A stretch of DNA of 63,942 bases, counting the filler, from Octopus bimaculoides (Eukaryota): the NCBI RefSeq assembly GCF_001194135.2. It is 8 parts of 8 records of this genome, joined end to end, with 100 filler letters (N's around TTAATTAATTAA, not from the genome) between each part and the next. Parts side by side here need not be neighbours in the genome. Positions count along the whole stretch, not along the records: positions 1 to 16,948 come from NC_068993.1; 7 more parts are not named here. One strand, given 5' to 3'. Below the pieces are notes generated by a model, which was given only the letters and a program-made list of their open reading frames with translations, was not told the origin of the DNA and did not search any database. Both the position numbers and the translations under genes were made by a program. Below are positions 1 to 13,467 of the stretch, one piece after another. Position 1 is the first letter of the stretch. Every line of letters begins with the position of its first letter.

Positions 1-1776
1 TATATATGTATATACATGTATACATGTATATGGTGATGTATGTATATGTAGTTTCCAATTCATACATATGGACAGCAAATTTGACCCGAAACAGTCAGTT
101 TGTAGCAATGAACTGAGTAGTTGCCTGTTGAACTTAGTTAATAAAAAAAAGCCACTGAAATACATACTACAACATATTTTGCCTTCGCTATTACCATTCT
201 GATAGCTCACCGCCTTTATACATGAACAGATATATGATCCTCATTTTATTTCCTACGTTATTTAAATACATTTGCGCGTATTTTGTTGCATTTTCTTATG
301 TGATTATTTGTTCGATATTTTAATTTTGAAAAATAAGCTGCTATAAATTTCGAGCGTTATTTTTGAATTTTCTATATACCGGAACGTGCGGTATCATACA
401 TAAGTTTGCCTCGATAGAACTTCTTATGCGGAATGTTTGTGATTTTAATATCCATATTCCCAATATCACTATTTCTTAGCTTTCATATTTTCAATGTTTG
501 TCAAATTTATTTTCAGTTATGTATATTGTATGATATATACAGAATTACATGAATTAATTCAGTTAATTTCATTACGTGAATTAGAATAATTTTGTTTCGT
601 GACTTTGTTTTATTTAAACATTAAGCTTGTTTACAAATCCTTTTTTCCTTCCCTATTTCATGTTGCAACATTTGTATATGTGTGGCGACCCTAAAAATAG
701 AATCTATGCATTTGAAAAATTAACATTTTGTGTTAATATTTTCACCTTTTTATATTTTATTGGATATTTTGGCAACGTAAAAATATGTATTTGATATTAG
801 CATTCTAGTTACAGAAGCCTCCCCTACATCTGCAGATTTGTGAAGGATATAATCTTTCTGTATCGAGTTTTAGGTGGTATGTTTTAAATGCAGGTCATTA
901 TTTTCCTTACTCTTATCTTGTTTGGCGAAGTCGCTTTATATCCGTTAGGCTATTATAGCAGCAATTACTGAGATAGTTAAAGCATTAATGCATATAACCT
1001 TTATCTGGTATCAAGCTTAGTTAATGTATTAATATAATGTACCTATAATATTTCTTCCCATTTTCCAACTATAACATAAATCTTAATTAACGATCTACAT
1101 GAGAAAGTTGATTGTTATCTTACAATTTTCGTAATCGTTTCATTGTGATTTAGCATGCTGCTTGTTTCGATTTCATTGTTGTTTTATTCTGTTCAGGTTA
1201 GTCGTGAGTAAGAAGGGTAAGATAAAAAATAATCCAGTATAAATCTTGTTCCATTGCTGATTTAGTATGATCTAAGTAAGACTACATTATCCACTGCTTC
1301 TTTGAATGAATCTTCAAGATACTTCTGTGAAATGTGAGGTATATTTCACTTCTATATAATAGCAAGTCGAATCAGACAAAAGAGACACCTTATTTGACGA
1401 ATCTTTCCTTCATCAAAACATAACAAGCGAAAACATGTAGATATAATTTATGTGGTTAATATGATATTTTTAAAATTGTATGTATCTGAACCAAATGAAG
1501 AAATAAAAAAACGAAAAATTGGAGGAACCTCAAAGAGCAAATGACAAATAACAGAAACAAAGGAAAACTGTTCGCCTTATGGAAAATTGAGGGTTTACAA
1601 GAGATGGTATATTCCGTTTGAAAATGAAGATATTGTTCTGCTGTAAATCTAGTGATCTTACAAGGGTCTACTATGAAAATCGCCCAACTCTCAATTTTAC
1701 AAAAGCAATTATTCTTTCGTGAAATGTTGGAATCAATTATTGATCGTATATTAATGCTCATATATGCATATTATAT

Positions 1777-2520
1777 ACAGGGGTAGTTGTATGGGGAGAA
1801 GCTTGCTTCCAAACCACATGGTTCCGGGTTCATTCTCGGTACATGTTACGTTGGGCATGTGTCTTCAACCAAATCTTGTGGGCAGATTTGGTAGACGGAA
1901 ACTGAAAGAAGTGTGCCCTCTCTTTCTTTTTCTCTCGCTATATATGATATATATATAGGTAATATATATGTGTATATATATCTATGTTCATATATATANN
2001 NNNNNNNNNNNNNNNNNNNNNNNNNNNNNNNNNNNNNNNNNNNNNNNNNNNNNNNNNNNNNNNNNNNNNNNNNNNNNNNNNNNNNNNNNNNNNNNNNNNN
2101 NNNNNNNNNNNNNNNNNNNNNNNNNNNNNNNNNNNNNNNNNNNNNNNNNNNNNNNNNNNNNNNNNNNNNNNNNNNNNNNNNNNNNNNNNNNNNNNNNNNN
2201 NNNNNNNNNNNNNNNNNNNNNNNNNNNNNNNNNNNNNNNNNNNNNNNNNNNNNNNNNNNNNNNATATATATATGTATGTATATGTATGTATGTATATGTG
2301 TGTCTGTGTTTGCCTCCCGCATACACACTATCATTGTTTGACAACCGATGTCGGTGTGCTTACGTCCCCGTGAGGTAGCGGTTCGGCAAAAAGAGGGCGA
2401 TAGAATAGGTACTAGGCTTACAAAGAATAATCTGTGTGTTCGATTTCTTGGAAAGCGGTGCTCCAGCATGGCCGCAGTCAAGTAACTGAAGCAAGTAAAC
2501 GATTAAAAGAATAAAAGAAT
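1777..2520 (+). mobile_element. tRNA-derived CORE-type SINE (octopus OR-like), full length, with internal microsatellite and gap
   Basis: The 5' half at 1777-1912 has a Pol III-like head (GGTTCCGGGTTCA), a CORE-like TTGGGCATGTGTCTTC and ends GGAAACTGAAAGAAG. (TA)n, N and (TATG)n follow. The 3' half at 2300-2520 (TTGACAACCGATG...GCGGTTCGGCAAAA...GCGGTGCTCCAGCATGGCCGCAGTC...AAAAGAAT) recurs more than 10 times in the window. Family name is from memory. Confidence 0.85.
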
Positions 2521-3611
2521 ATATCTATACATGCATATATTCTATATATGCACACTAACGCACACATGCCTACCAAAACACAGACACACACACGCAAACA
2601 CGCGCACACCGAAACATACACGGACGCTAACACACAGATACATGTACCCACCGACGTACTCTCTCACCTATACATCAACACACTTTCTATCTTTTGTGTT
2701 ATTCTTTTCTTGTTTTCATGTATACGAAGGAGCATGTATGCGATTTAAATGGGAATTCCTATACAAACGCGCGCGCACACACAGACGCATTCACTCACAT
2801 ACACACACACAAACAGACGCGCAGAGGAACGCACAAAACACGCACAGAAATACGAGAACAAACACACGCTTATATATAAAATGTATATAGACATACATCT
2901 CATATATTTATACAGGCAAAGGGTGTGAAAAAGAGAGACTTGCACGCTGGCATGCAACTTCAATTTGTGTGTAAGCGAGGATAAATGGAGGTTGGCTTTC
3001 ACAGTGTGACGTTGGGTGTATGTAAGGGTAAGTATATTTGTCTTAGAGAGCTTAAGACACAAAAGCAACAACCACTTATCAGATTTAGTCTTGAACACAG
3101 ACTCACTCTAAATTTAATGTGAAGCTTCAGTTTTCTAAGAAATCAACAGAATATAAAACAATGTTATTTTAATATTTACCACAACTATTTCCCCTTTCTA
3201 AACCTTGTAGTCACTGAATACATTACCTTTAATACTTATCCGAAATAACATCTTAAAAAAACATCAGACGAACTTAAAATAACCGCACCCATTTTGCACC
3301 ATAAATCAGGGAATTATTTTTTTTTTTGTATTTATTTCGTCGCCCGCCTTTCTGTCGGATATTTTTTTCCTTGTTAGAAGTGGAGGAATGAACAATATTA
3401 AAAAACATCTTCAGAGATAACGGTGATTCAGATACAAAATATCGTTTGTACACGCATCCCTAAATAAAACTAATGTGTTTTGGATATGTGCGAGTTGCTA
3501 TATTCATGCATAGATTAATCCCGATATGTTGCGACTGAGTCTATGTATTTTTGATTGTTGGAAGATATGAAAATGCATATAAATTTATAGAGGCACAAAC
3601 GCACACACAAG

Positions 3612-3644
<33 letters not shown>

Positions 3645-3675
3645 NNNNNNNNNNATATATGTTTATATATGTATG

Positions 3676-3707
<32 letters not shown>

Positions 3708-3710
<3 letters not shown>

Positions 3711-4655
3711 TTGAGCTGTCATTACTTTCATACCTCCTTGTCGAAACAAACTACGGAAGAAAACCAAAGCTTTCAGATAGGGAGTCTTGCACCCTTACGA
3801 GAATTGTTAGAAAGGAAAATTACTGCAGAGCTTAATGACCACTTCAAGAACTCAGTTTCCACTAAAACTGTTCACCGGGAGCTGCACAAAGCCGGATTTC
3901 ACAGGACAGCTGCAATCAGAAAGCCACTACTTTCAAAAACAAACGTTGCAAAGCGTTTAGAGTGGAGTAAAAACCTATAGAATTGGTCCCTAGAGCAGTG
4001 GAAGGATGTTATTTTCTCGGACGAGTCATCCTTTACCTTATTTCTGACCACCGGTCGAGTATATGTGTAGAGACAGCCAAACAAGCATTTGACACAGGAT
4101 GCCTTCTTCCAATTGTTAAATATGGAGGAGGATCTGTAATGATCTGTGTGGGTGGGGGCTATATCTTGGAAATCCGCCGGCCCACTGGTTTCCTTTCATG
4201 GCAGAATTAATAGTGAAGACTATTTAAGCATTTTATCTGATCAAATTCATCTTATGTTTGCGGAATTGTCTCCGGCGAGAAACAAAATCTTTCAAGATGA
4301 TAATGCACCAGTTCACACAGTTAAATTTGTTACTGAATGGCACGAGGAACATTCCAGTGACGTTGCACATCTTATCTTCCCACCATAGTTCCCAGATCTC
4401 AATATTATTGAACATTTATGGTGCATTTTAGAAAAACAAGTTAAGAATCTATATTCTCCACCATCATAACTCTAAGCACTAGAGACTGGTTTGGCTGAAG
4501 AATGGACAAAAGTTCATTTGGAAACAATTCAAACTTTGTACGAGTCCATACCTCATAGATTTCAAGCTGTAATTATTGTCAAAGGCGGTCTAACTCCGTG
4601 TTAAATAAATTTGCTTGAAATTTTAAGGTGTTTCTATTATTTTGTCCAACCCCTG
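3708..4655 (+). mobile_element. Tc1-like DNA transposon relic, 5'-truncated, transposase pseudogene with DD36E spacing
   Basis: Translates to RELHKAGF..AAIRKPLLSKTNVAKRLEWSK, VIFSDES (D at 4020), IFQDDNAPVH (D at 4299) and PDLNIIEHLW (E at 4410), with in-frame stops. The right terminus reads TTTCTATTATTTTGTCCAACCCCTG then TA (4656-4657). Confidence 0.92.
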
Positions 4656-4726
4656 TATATATATATATATCCATGCATACGTATATAAGTCTTGAGTGAG
4701 AGAAAGTGAGAGAGAANNNNNNNNNN

Positions 4727-4758
<32 letters not shown>

Positions 4759-6908
4759 GGAAAGTATGAATTTTTCATCTTGTACTGGCAAAGACGTATG
4801 ACTAATTCTTCGAACTGAACGATGCTCTGTATAAGAGCAGAAATTCAAAAACGCGTAAGTATATGGATAGAAGAGATTTACATACATAGACATTAATAGC
4901 TAGAGATAATCTAATAGAAACGTGCATTATTAATGGCAAAGATGAAAAGAACCTGATGCTCGATAGTAGTTAAATGCCATAGATAAAACAAAGTTGAACG
5001 TAAAAGAGATGAACCGAAACAGGTTAGAAATATTTTACTCTTTGAAATCTACTACACTCTACGATAGGACAACATTCCATTTGTGTTTCTGTTAGAAACT
5101 AAACAGAAGAATTATGTAAAAGAAAACAAAAAGAAAAAGAAAGACGCTATGTGTCTTCCGAATGCGTGGGTAGACCCGTCTTGGATCTACCCACGCATTC
5201 GGTTGTTTGCTAGACATTAAGTAATCCCGATGCGTAATAGATATGAATCTGTAAACAATATCATACAGTTAGTGTTAAAAGTATGTAAACGGGCTGTATT
5301 GGAATGTAAAATGGTGAAAGAATTATGAACCATATTCGGAGATGTGAGCACTACTCTCTTGGAACATGAATTGAGACGGTATTTAGTATTATTATGTTGT
5401 GTTCTATCGCATAATTAAATATTTATTATTCTCTGAAATGAGGGTGTCAAAAAGGTAACTAATATGTTTCATGAAAATGTCCTAACAGAGTAACGGTATT
5501 TGCAATCATATATTGTAATCCTTATAAGACGTGCAGTTGCACGAACGAACCTGCAGCTTATGTCTTGTTCAAAGGTATTCAACAATATAATGTTTGTGTG
5601 CGTGTGTATGCGTGCATGCATCCACGTGTGCGTACATGTGTGTGTGTGCGTGTGTGTGTCTATGTACGTATGCATGTATATACAAACACTTATAAGAATA
5701 TATATATGTGTATGTGTGTGTCTGAGGGTATGTGAGAGAGAGAGATAGAGAGAGAGAGAGAAACATTATTATCATTTTAACGTATGTAAAGTCGTGTGCA
5801 TTATATTCGAAACGTGGCAGCTAAATCACCTTAAAACAACAAGGTTGCTATTTTCAGCTTATTAATATAATATTAGTTAGAAAACGTGTACACACAAACA
5901 CGTGCAAACAATGGAACACCACAGGAAAACGCTAAAGCGTGCAAGAGAAAATATTTCTTTTATGATTACAATTTAAAATCTACATATGTACACCTAATAT
6001 TTGCACATATGTACGCACAAATGCATACATACATATATATATATATATATGCATACATATGTATACATACATACATATATATATNNNNNNNNNNNNNNNN
6101 NNNNNNNNNNNNNNNNNNNNNNNNNNNNNNNNNNNNNNNNNNNNNNNNNNNNNNNNNNNNNNNNNNNNNNNNNNNNNNNNNNNNNNNNNNNNNNNNNNNN
6201 NNNNNNNNNNNNNNNNNNNNNNNNNNNNNNNNNNNNNNNNNNNNNNNNNNNNNNNNNNNNNNNNNNNNNNNNNNNNNNNNNNNNNNNNNNNNNNNNNNNN
6301 NNNNNNNNNNNNNNNNNNNNNNNNNNNNNNNNNNNNNNNNNNNNNNNNNNNNNNNNNNNNNNNNNNNNNNNNNNNNNNNNNNNNNNNNNNNNNNNNNNNN
6401 NNNNNNNNNNNNNNNNNNNNNNNNNNNNNNNNNNNNNNNNNNNNNNNNNNNNNNNNNNNNNNNNNNNNNNNNNNNNNNNNNNNNNNNNNNNNNNNNNNNN
6501 NNNNNNNNNNNNNNNNNNNNNNNNNNNNNNNNNNNNNNNNNNNNNNNNNNNNNNNNNNNNNNNNNNNNNNNNNNNNNNNNNNNNNNNNNNNNNNNNNNNN
6601 NNNNNNNNNNNNNNNNNNNNNNNNNNNNNNNNNNNNNNNNNNNNNNNNNNNNNNNNNNNNNNNNNNNNNNNNNNNNNNNNNNNNNNNNNNNNNNNNNNNN
6701 NNNNNNNNNNNNNNNNNNNNNNNNNNNNNNNNNNNNNNNNNNNNNNNNNNNNNNNNNNNNNTATATATATATATTACAATTAAAAGGGTAAAGGTTTATC
6801 AATTTATTAATTTATTAATAAATTAACAATTGATAATTTTTTACCAAGCCCTTCGGTATGTAAACACCATTATCGGTGGAGAACTGTATTTTTCAGAGAG
6901 ACAGAGGG

Positions 6909-6946
<38 letters not shown>

Positions 6947-8205
6947 AGTGGTGAGTTTATACATTGCATGTAAAGTCATTGTTGAAATACTATTGTTACT
7001 AATATCATATAAGTATATCATATGTTGTCAATAGATAAGGCACATCCATTATCTGTGTTGGTATTTGTCTATTGTTACATTCGTGCAAATCTGTCCCTGG
7101 CGAAAATGGTTAACTCTATACATTCATGCACTTAAAATTCTTCTAATACATTGTGGTAAATAGTGATCGCACTATGAATATGGTAAGTATTTCCTTGTGT
7201 TAATGCAATGTGGTTATGATGATGGTTTTTATAATGATGGCATAATCGACTATGACACCTGACGTGTATTTATTCTTTTGGTCCTAGAAAAGAAGGACAG
7301 CTAACGTAAACTACGACTCTGAAAGCACGACTGATGGAACTAAATACTATATTGGCATTTAGTCTGTTGATTTACTGATACTACGACTGCATTGGCTTAA
7401 GTAGGAGAAACTTATATTGACGAACGCAAACCGAGAAAAATTTGACCTGTAACGTTCGTAAGACATTATAAATTCTATAAAATGTTGTAACGAGTGCTTC
7501 GAAAGTAGGAATATCGACATTACTCTCAGTTGAGATATACAGTTATTTGTCATCGATTGCACGTTATAATACACACTCTAGAAATATGTTCTTAAAACTA
7601 GACATTGTTTGGCTTCCTCAATAAAGTTTAACATGAGTAGGATTTCGAAAATAAATAAATAAATAAATGACCTTTGTTCATTTGTCGTCCGGTCGAAACG
7701 TGATCTTTCAATATATTGATCGTCGACTAAGAATGTTCTAGACGTCTAAATGTTCTCATTCTGATGCCTTAAAACACCACGAAAAACAACGTAATTATTA
7801 TATACCACCGGATGTAGCGTTTTCTTTAAACCATATAAAAGTCAATGAAATTACAGACCACAAGATACATTTTCAAACATCTGTTTACAAGACGAGTTCA
7901 TATCTCACCGTAATAACTTTGAGTAACCTAATTTCACTTCAAATATTTCGTATAATATTTGGTGTTTTGGACAATGTAAAAACTAAATGTAATATTCCTA
8001 TTGTTATTTATTTGGAAAAAGCAAACAGAAATGTTATTTAAGTGCATTTCACATATAAAAAAAATCAGGTGTGGTTTCTGAATTAATCAATTATATATAA
8101 TATATAATATGGGGCTAAAAGCAACAGTAACATCCACCCCTAGGGGTCAGCCACACTTAAGTGGCAATATACTACACTTTATCGTGCAGTTACTGTTAAT
8201 ACTTC

Positions 8206-8247
<42 letters not shown>

Positions 8248-8715
8248 NNNNNNNNNNNNNNNNNNNNNNNNNNNNNNNNNNNNNNNNNNNNNNNNNNNNN
8301 NNNNNNNNNNNNNNNNNNNNNNNNNNNNNNNNNNNNNNNNNNNNNNNNNNNNNNNNNNNNNNNNNNNNNNNNNNNNNNNNNNNNNNNNNNNNNNNNNNNN
8401 NNNNNNNNNNNNNNNNNNNNNNNNNNNNNNNNNNNNNNNNNNNNNNNNNNNNNNNNNNNNNNNNNNNNNNNNNNNNNNNNNNNNNNNNNNNNNNNNNNNN
8501 NNNNNNNNNNNNNNNNNNNNNNNNNNNNNNNNNNNNNNNNNNNNNNNNNNNNNNNNNNNNNNNNNNNNNNNNNNNNNNNNNNNNNNNNNNNNNNNNNNNN
8601 NNNNNNNNNNNNNNNNNNNNNNNNNNNNNNNNNNNNNNNNNNNNNNNNNNNNNNNNNNNNNNNNNNNNNNNNNNNNNNNNNNNNNNNNNNNNNNNNNNNN
8701 NNNNNNNNNNNNNNN

Positions 8716-8751
<36 letters not shown>

Positions 8752-9002
8752 ATGTATTCATATATATGTATATGCATATCTGTATATTGTTGATCCCAAA
8801 TTAAATTGTATTGAAAAACCTGTAACGAGACCAAAAGAGCACTATCTACTAGGACACTGAAAAAGAACAAAATAGAAGTATTATTTCTCATGGTCTCTCA
8901 GTCAATAAAAAGACCTGGCATAATACTAAGAATATTATGAACACTGGAATCCTCGCTCTCTCTTTTAATTCAAAGTAAACTCTCTCCCTCTCTTCCCCTT
9001 TC

Positions 9003-9052
<50 letters not shown>

Positions 9053-10711
9053 CATACATATACTCTCACAATCAGAGACACACAATGAAACAAATAAACT
9101 TTGAAATATATGCGAGTGTAGTGTGTGTCTTTCTATGTGTGTGAGTATGTACATGTGTTCTTATAGAAATCGGTAGATGCGTGCTACATTACAATGTTCT
9201 GCTATTTAGAAACGCTGGTTGAAATAACTAGAATTGAATGCATTTTATTTAAATGTGATCTGAACGTAGTTTAAAATTCTCAGCCAAGTATTATATATTG
9301 AAGCTCAAATAAAAAACAAAATCAATTTTATTTTAAACTATATATCTCATATTTTCAGCAATATATATCCAAAACAGTTTTGTTCTCAGAAATAGTCCTG
9401 TTCTTTCTGTAAAAGAAGCAATATATTTTAGGAATTGATCGAATGCTATATAAGACTTTTAACAGTTCCTTCAATTCGCACCAAGTAATCGAAACTAAAA
9501 ATATCATCAAAACTAGAGTAGCAACGGACATCTGAAAATAAAACTTGTTTCTCAATCCGACTGTCAAAATGTCTATCGATTACAATACTCTAGATATCGT
9601 GTTTCTATGAGAGCATAAAGCTGTTAACATTTATAAAATTCGTTCTGCTAAATGCTTCGCTTCTAGTTATGCATTATTGATATAGAATATTCCACGTCTT
9701 CAGTTGTTGATCTCCAGCAAAGTAAGTTACATTTTACTGCACATCGGAAATGTGTTTGTGTATTGAACGCGTGTAGGCGTGTGTGTACGCTCGTATGCAT
9801 GTGTGTTTGTGTGTCTGAGAGCGTATTAGGATTAGCTTGGCTGGTTATCTTAGAGATACCTTCAGGTTAAGCCTTATATACAACAGAAAATACGAATACG
9901 TTTATTATATTATATTTTTTTCTCATTGGAATGAAATATATGAAAAAATGCGATACATCATACGTCACACGTTATATCTCAATGTATACACAAGAACATA
10001 TAATATATGAATTTATATGAATGTATGCTTGTATGTATGTATATATACATATGAACGTATAATACATAAATTTATATGTATGTATGAATTTATGTGTATG
10101 TATGTATATATACATATGAACGTATAATACATAAATTTATATNNNNNNNNNNNNNNNNNNNNNNNNNNNNNNNNNNNNNNNNNNNNNNNNNNNNNNNNNN
10201 NNNNNNNNNNNNNNNNNNNNNNNNNNTATATTAATATCTATATATGTACTATATATAAGAAAAAAGTATTTTGAAATTTCAAGTCAATTGATTATTTTTA
10301 TTGAAGAAAATGTTTCTCAGTATATATTTCAAGTGTGTTAGACACATCATATTTCTTTCAATCGATGAAAGAGCTATGTTAGGATTCCAATACTGGAACA
10401 AATTATTTAAGCATTGATTTTAAGAGTTAGTGGAGGAGAAATAGACACGTTCTACTTACTTAAATTGAGAGAATCCTGTAAGAATAACAATCTTTGTCAC
10501 TATCTCTCAGAATAGACAAAAGTTACACTCTTACTAGACGTAACATATGCAAAACGTCTCGTTAATATAAACATTTGCTTCAGTCTTTATACCAATATAT
10601 GCAGTTTAAGAACAATTAAAACTATGCATGTCCAAGGAGGAGTTAGTGTTAATAATTCGATAAAGACAACTATTGAGGTAAATGCTTCGTTTGATATATG
10701 TATATATGTTG

Positions 10712-10875
10712 TTCCTTCTTGTTTCAGTCGCTTGACTGCAGCGATCCTGGGGAACAGACTGGAAGACTTCACGAGTTTTGAGTGTAACCAATCGGCACCA
10801 GCCTGGTACTTATTCTTTTGGACACTTTTAAACTGGACCGCTAAGATACAGGAGTGCAAACTCGCCAACACCGGT
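10712..10875 (-). mobile_element. Diverged 3' half of the CORE-type SINE
   Basis: TTGTTTCAGTCGCTTGACTGCAGCGAT...GGTACTTATTC...ACCGCTAAG...CAACACCGGT matches the reverse complement of the 3' half at 2300-2520 and 62480-62710. Confidence 0.7.
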
Positions 10876-10902
10876 ACACACGCACACACACATACACACA
10901 CA

Positions 10903-10980
<78 letters not shown>

Positions 10981-11778
10981 ATTATATATATTTATGTTAT
11001 CCTAATTAATAATAATTCGGATAGAATAAATGGGTTAATAGAAATCAGGGTAGCAAAAATCACAAAACAACTGTGGTGTAATTCCTGTTTTTGAGGCAGA
11101 AACTCCTTGATATTTTGCGTATTTGAGTATATATAAATTTAAGGAATGGAGTGAACGCATGTTATAACTGCATACTTTATTCCGACATATGTTTCGAAGA
11201 ATTACAATTTATGCGATCTATAGGAATCGTCGATGTTAAAAATGTAAACTTCTCCTCAGGGAAATGTATGGGGATCATTTTAAACGTAAGACATTATGAC
11301 CGAGTATGAGAACTATAGTTGGATAAGGTTATAACGTAATTAATTTGAAAAAACCGTTAGAGATGTGGACGTTACCAGATAGTACTTTGGACAAGAAAGG
11401 AAGGAAGAGAAAAAAGAGAGAGAGAGAGAGGAGAGAGAGGGAAGGAAAATTCAGAGTGTAGATTTTGGAGTAGATGGGATGATATAAATACAATAAAAAA
11501 ATTGGGGGGGGGGGAAATGAATGTTATGTAATAAAAAGGTATTATAAATGGGGTTAATACTGTGTTTCTATGAAAATATTGAGATAAAGGTATATAAACA
11601 CTTATACTTATGTGTATGTGCATACGTTTAAGATGATCCCCATACATTTCCCTGAGGAGAAGTTTACATTTTTAACATCGACGATTCCTATGGATCGCAT
11701 AAATTGTAATTCTTCGAAACATATGTCGGAATAAAGTATGCAGTTATAAGATGCGTTCACTCCATTCCTTAAATTTAT
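10981..11778. repeat. Rearranged copies of an unclassified ~300-bp interspersed repeat, forming a 156-bp inverted repeat
   Basis: 10981-11065 matches the 5' part of 39741-40040. 11133-11340 is the 3' part on the minus strand and 11623-11778 the 3' part on the plus strand. Arms 11133-11288 and 11623-11778 differ at 3 positions. Confidence 0.85.
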
Positions 11779-12722
11779 NNNNNNNNNNNNNNNNNNNNNN
11801 NNNNNNNNNNNNNNNNNNNNNNNNNNNNNNNNNNNNNNNNNNNNNNNNNNNNNNNNNNNNNNNNNNNNNNNNNNNNNNNNNNNNNNNNNNNNNNNNNNNN
11901 NNNNNNNNNNNNNNNNNNNNNNNNNNNNNNNNNNNNNNNNNNNNNNNNNNNNNNNNNNNNNNNNNNNNNNNNNNNNNNNNNNNNNNNNNNNNNNNNNNNN
12001 NNNNNNNNNNNNNNNNNNNNNNNNNNNNNNNNNNNNNNNNNNNNNNNNNNNNNNNNNNNNNNNNNNNNNNNNNNNNNNNNNNNNNNNNNNNNNNNNNNNN
12101 NNNNNNNNNNNNNNNNNNNNNNNNNNNNNNNNNNNNNNNNNNNNNNNNNNNNNNNNNNNNNNNNNNNNNNNNNNNNNNNNNNNNNNNNNNNNNNNNNNNN
12201 NNNNNNNNNNNNNNNNNNNNNNNNNNNNNNNNNNNNNNNNNNNNNNNNNNNNNNNNNNNNNNNNNNNNNNNNNNNNNNNNNNNNNNNNNNNNNNNNNNNN
12301 NNNNNNNNNNNNNNNNNNNNNNNNNNNNNNNNNNNNNNNNNNNNNNNNNNNNNNNNNNNNNNNNNNNNNNNNNNNNNNNNNNNNNNNNNNNNNNNNNNNN
12401 NNNNNNNNNNNNNNNNNNNNNNNNNNNNNNNNNNNNNNNNNNNNNNNNNNNNNNNNNNNNNNNNNNNNNNNNNNNNNNNNNNNNNNNNNNNNNNNNNNNN
12501 NNNNNNNNNNNNNNNNNNNNNNNNNNNNNNNNNNNNNNNNNNNNNNNNNNNNNNNNNNNNNNNNNNNNNNNNNNNNNNNNNNNNNNNNNNNNNNNNNNNN
12601 NNNNNNNNNNNNNNNNNNNNNNNNNNNNNNNNNNNNNNNNNNNNNNNNNNNNNNNNNNNNNNNNNNNNNNNNNNNNNNNNNNNNNNNNNNNNNNNNNNNN
12701 NNNNNNNNNNNNNNNNNNNNNN

Positions 12723-12763
<41 letters not shown>

Positions 12764-13298
12764 ATATATACGTATATATACATATATATGGGTACATGCA
12801 TATATATTTACATATGTGTGTTTGTGTGTGTCTATAAATCACACGTTTACATATTAAGGTATATGAATGTATGTGTAAATCATTGTGATATTTTATGGTG
12901 CTTTTTCTCTTATTACTTTATAAAGTAATACCTTGAAATATCTTCTACAGTTAATAACAAAAAAATATTTTGTTGCTATTATGAAATCTCAAAATAAATA
13001 TATAACATTTTCCACTTATTCGTTCTCTCTGGCACAATGTTTACACGGTTAGATACAAACACATAGACACACACAGACACAGACTCACACACAAATAAAC
13101 AGAGCCAAACATCCTTCAAAATATTTTCATTGAAAATAACTTAAACGACTATACTATACGAGTCATATCATACACGACTCTATCAAATATATGTATAATA
13201 TATTACGTCGATGCTTTTATTACATAATATATTCAGTATATTTATTTAAAAATGCCATCACTTTTACTGCGTCGTATAATATTGATTTCAAATATTAG

Positions 13299-13467
13299 CA
13301 CAAAGCCAGCATTTTTCATGCGGTGGCTAAGTCGATTACATCAACACCAGTATTCAAATGGTTCTTATTGTATTGACCACGAAAGTTTGAAGGGCAAAGT
13401 CGACCACGGCTGAATTCTGACTCAGGACATAAGAACTGCATGCCAACGTCTCTTCCAGCTCACCGTC
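13299..13467 (-). mobile_element. tRNA-derived SINE with a Meta/MESC-like central domain
   Basis: AAGTCGATTACATC..CCAGT..GGTTCTTATT..GACC.CGAAAG.TTGAAGGGCAAAGTCGACC.CGGC.GAATT matches the copies at 48145-48347 and 48730-48942. Confidence 0.75.

Noticed and set aside
10031-10142. 47-bp direct duplication with period 65
   Set aside because: Low-complexity and ending at a gap edge; likely slippage or a contig-end overlap.
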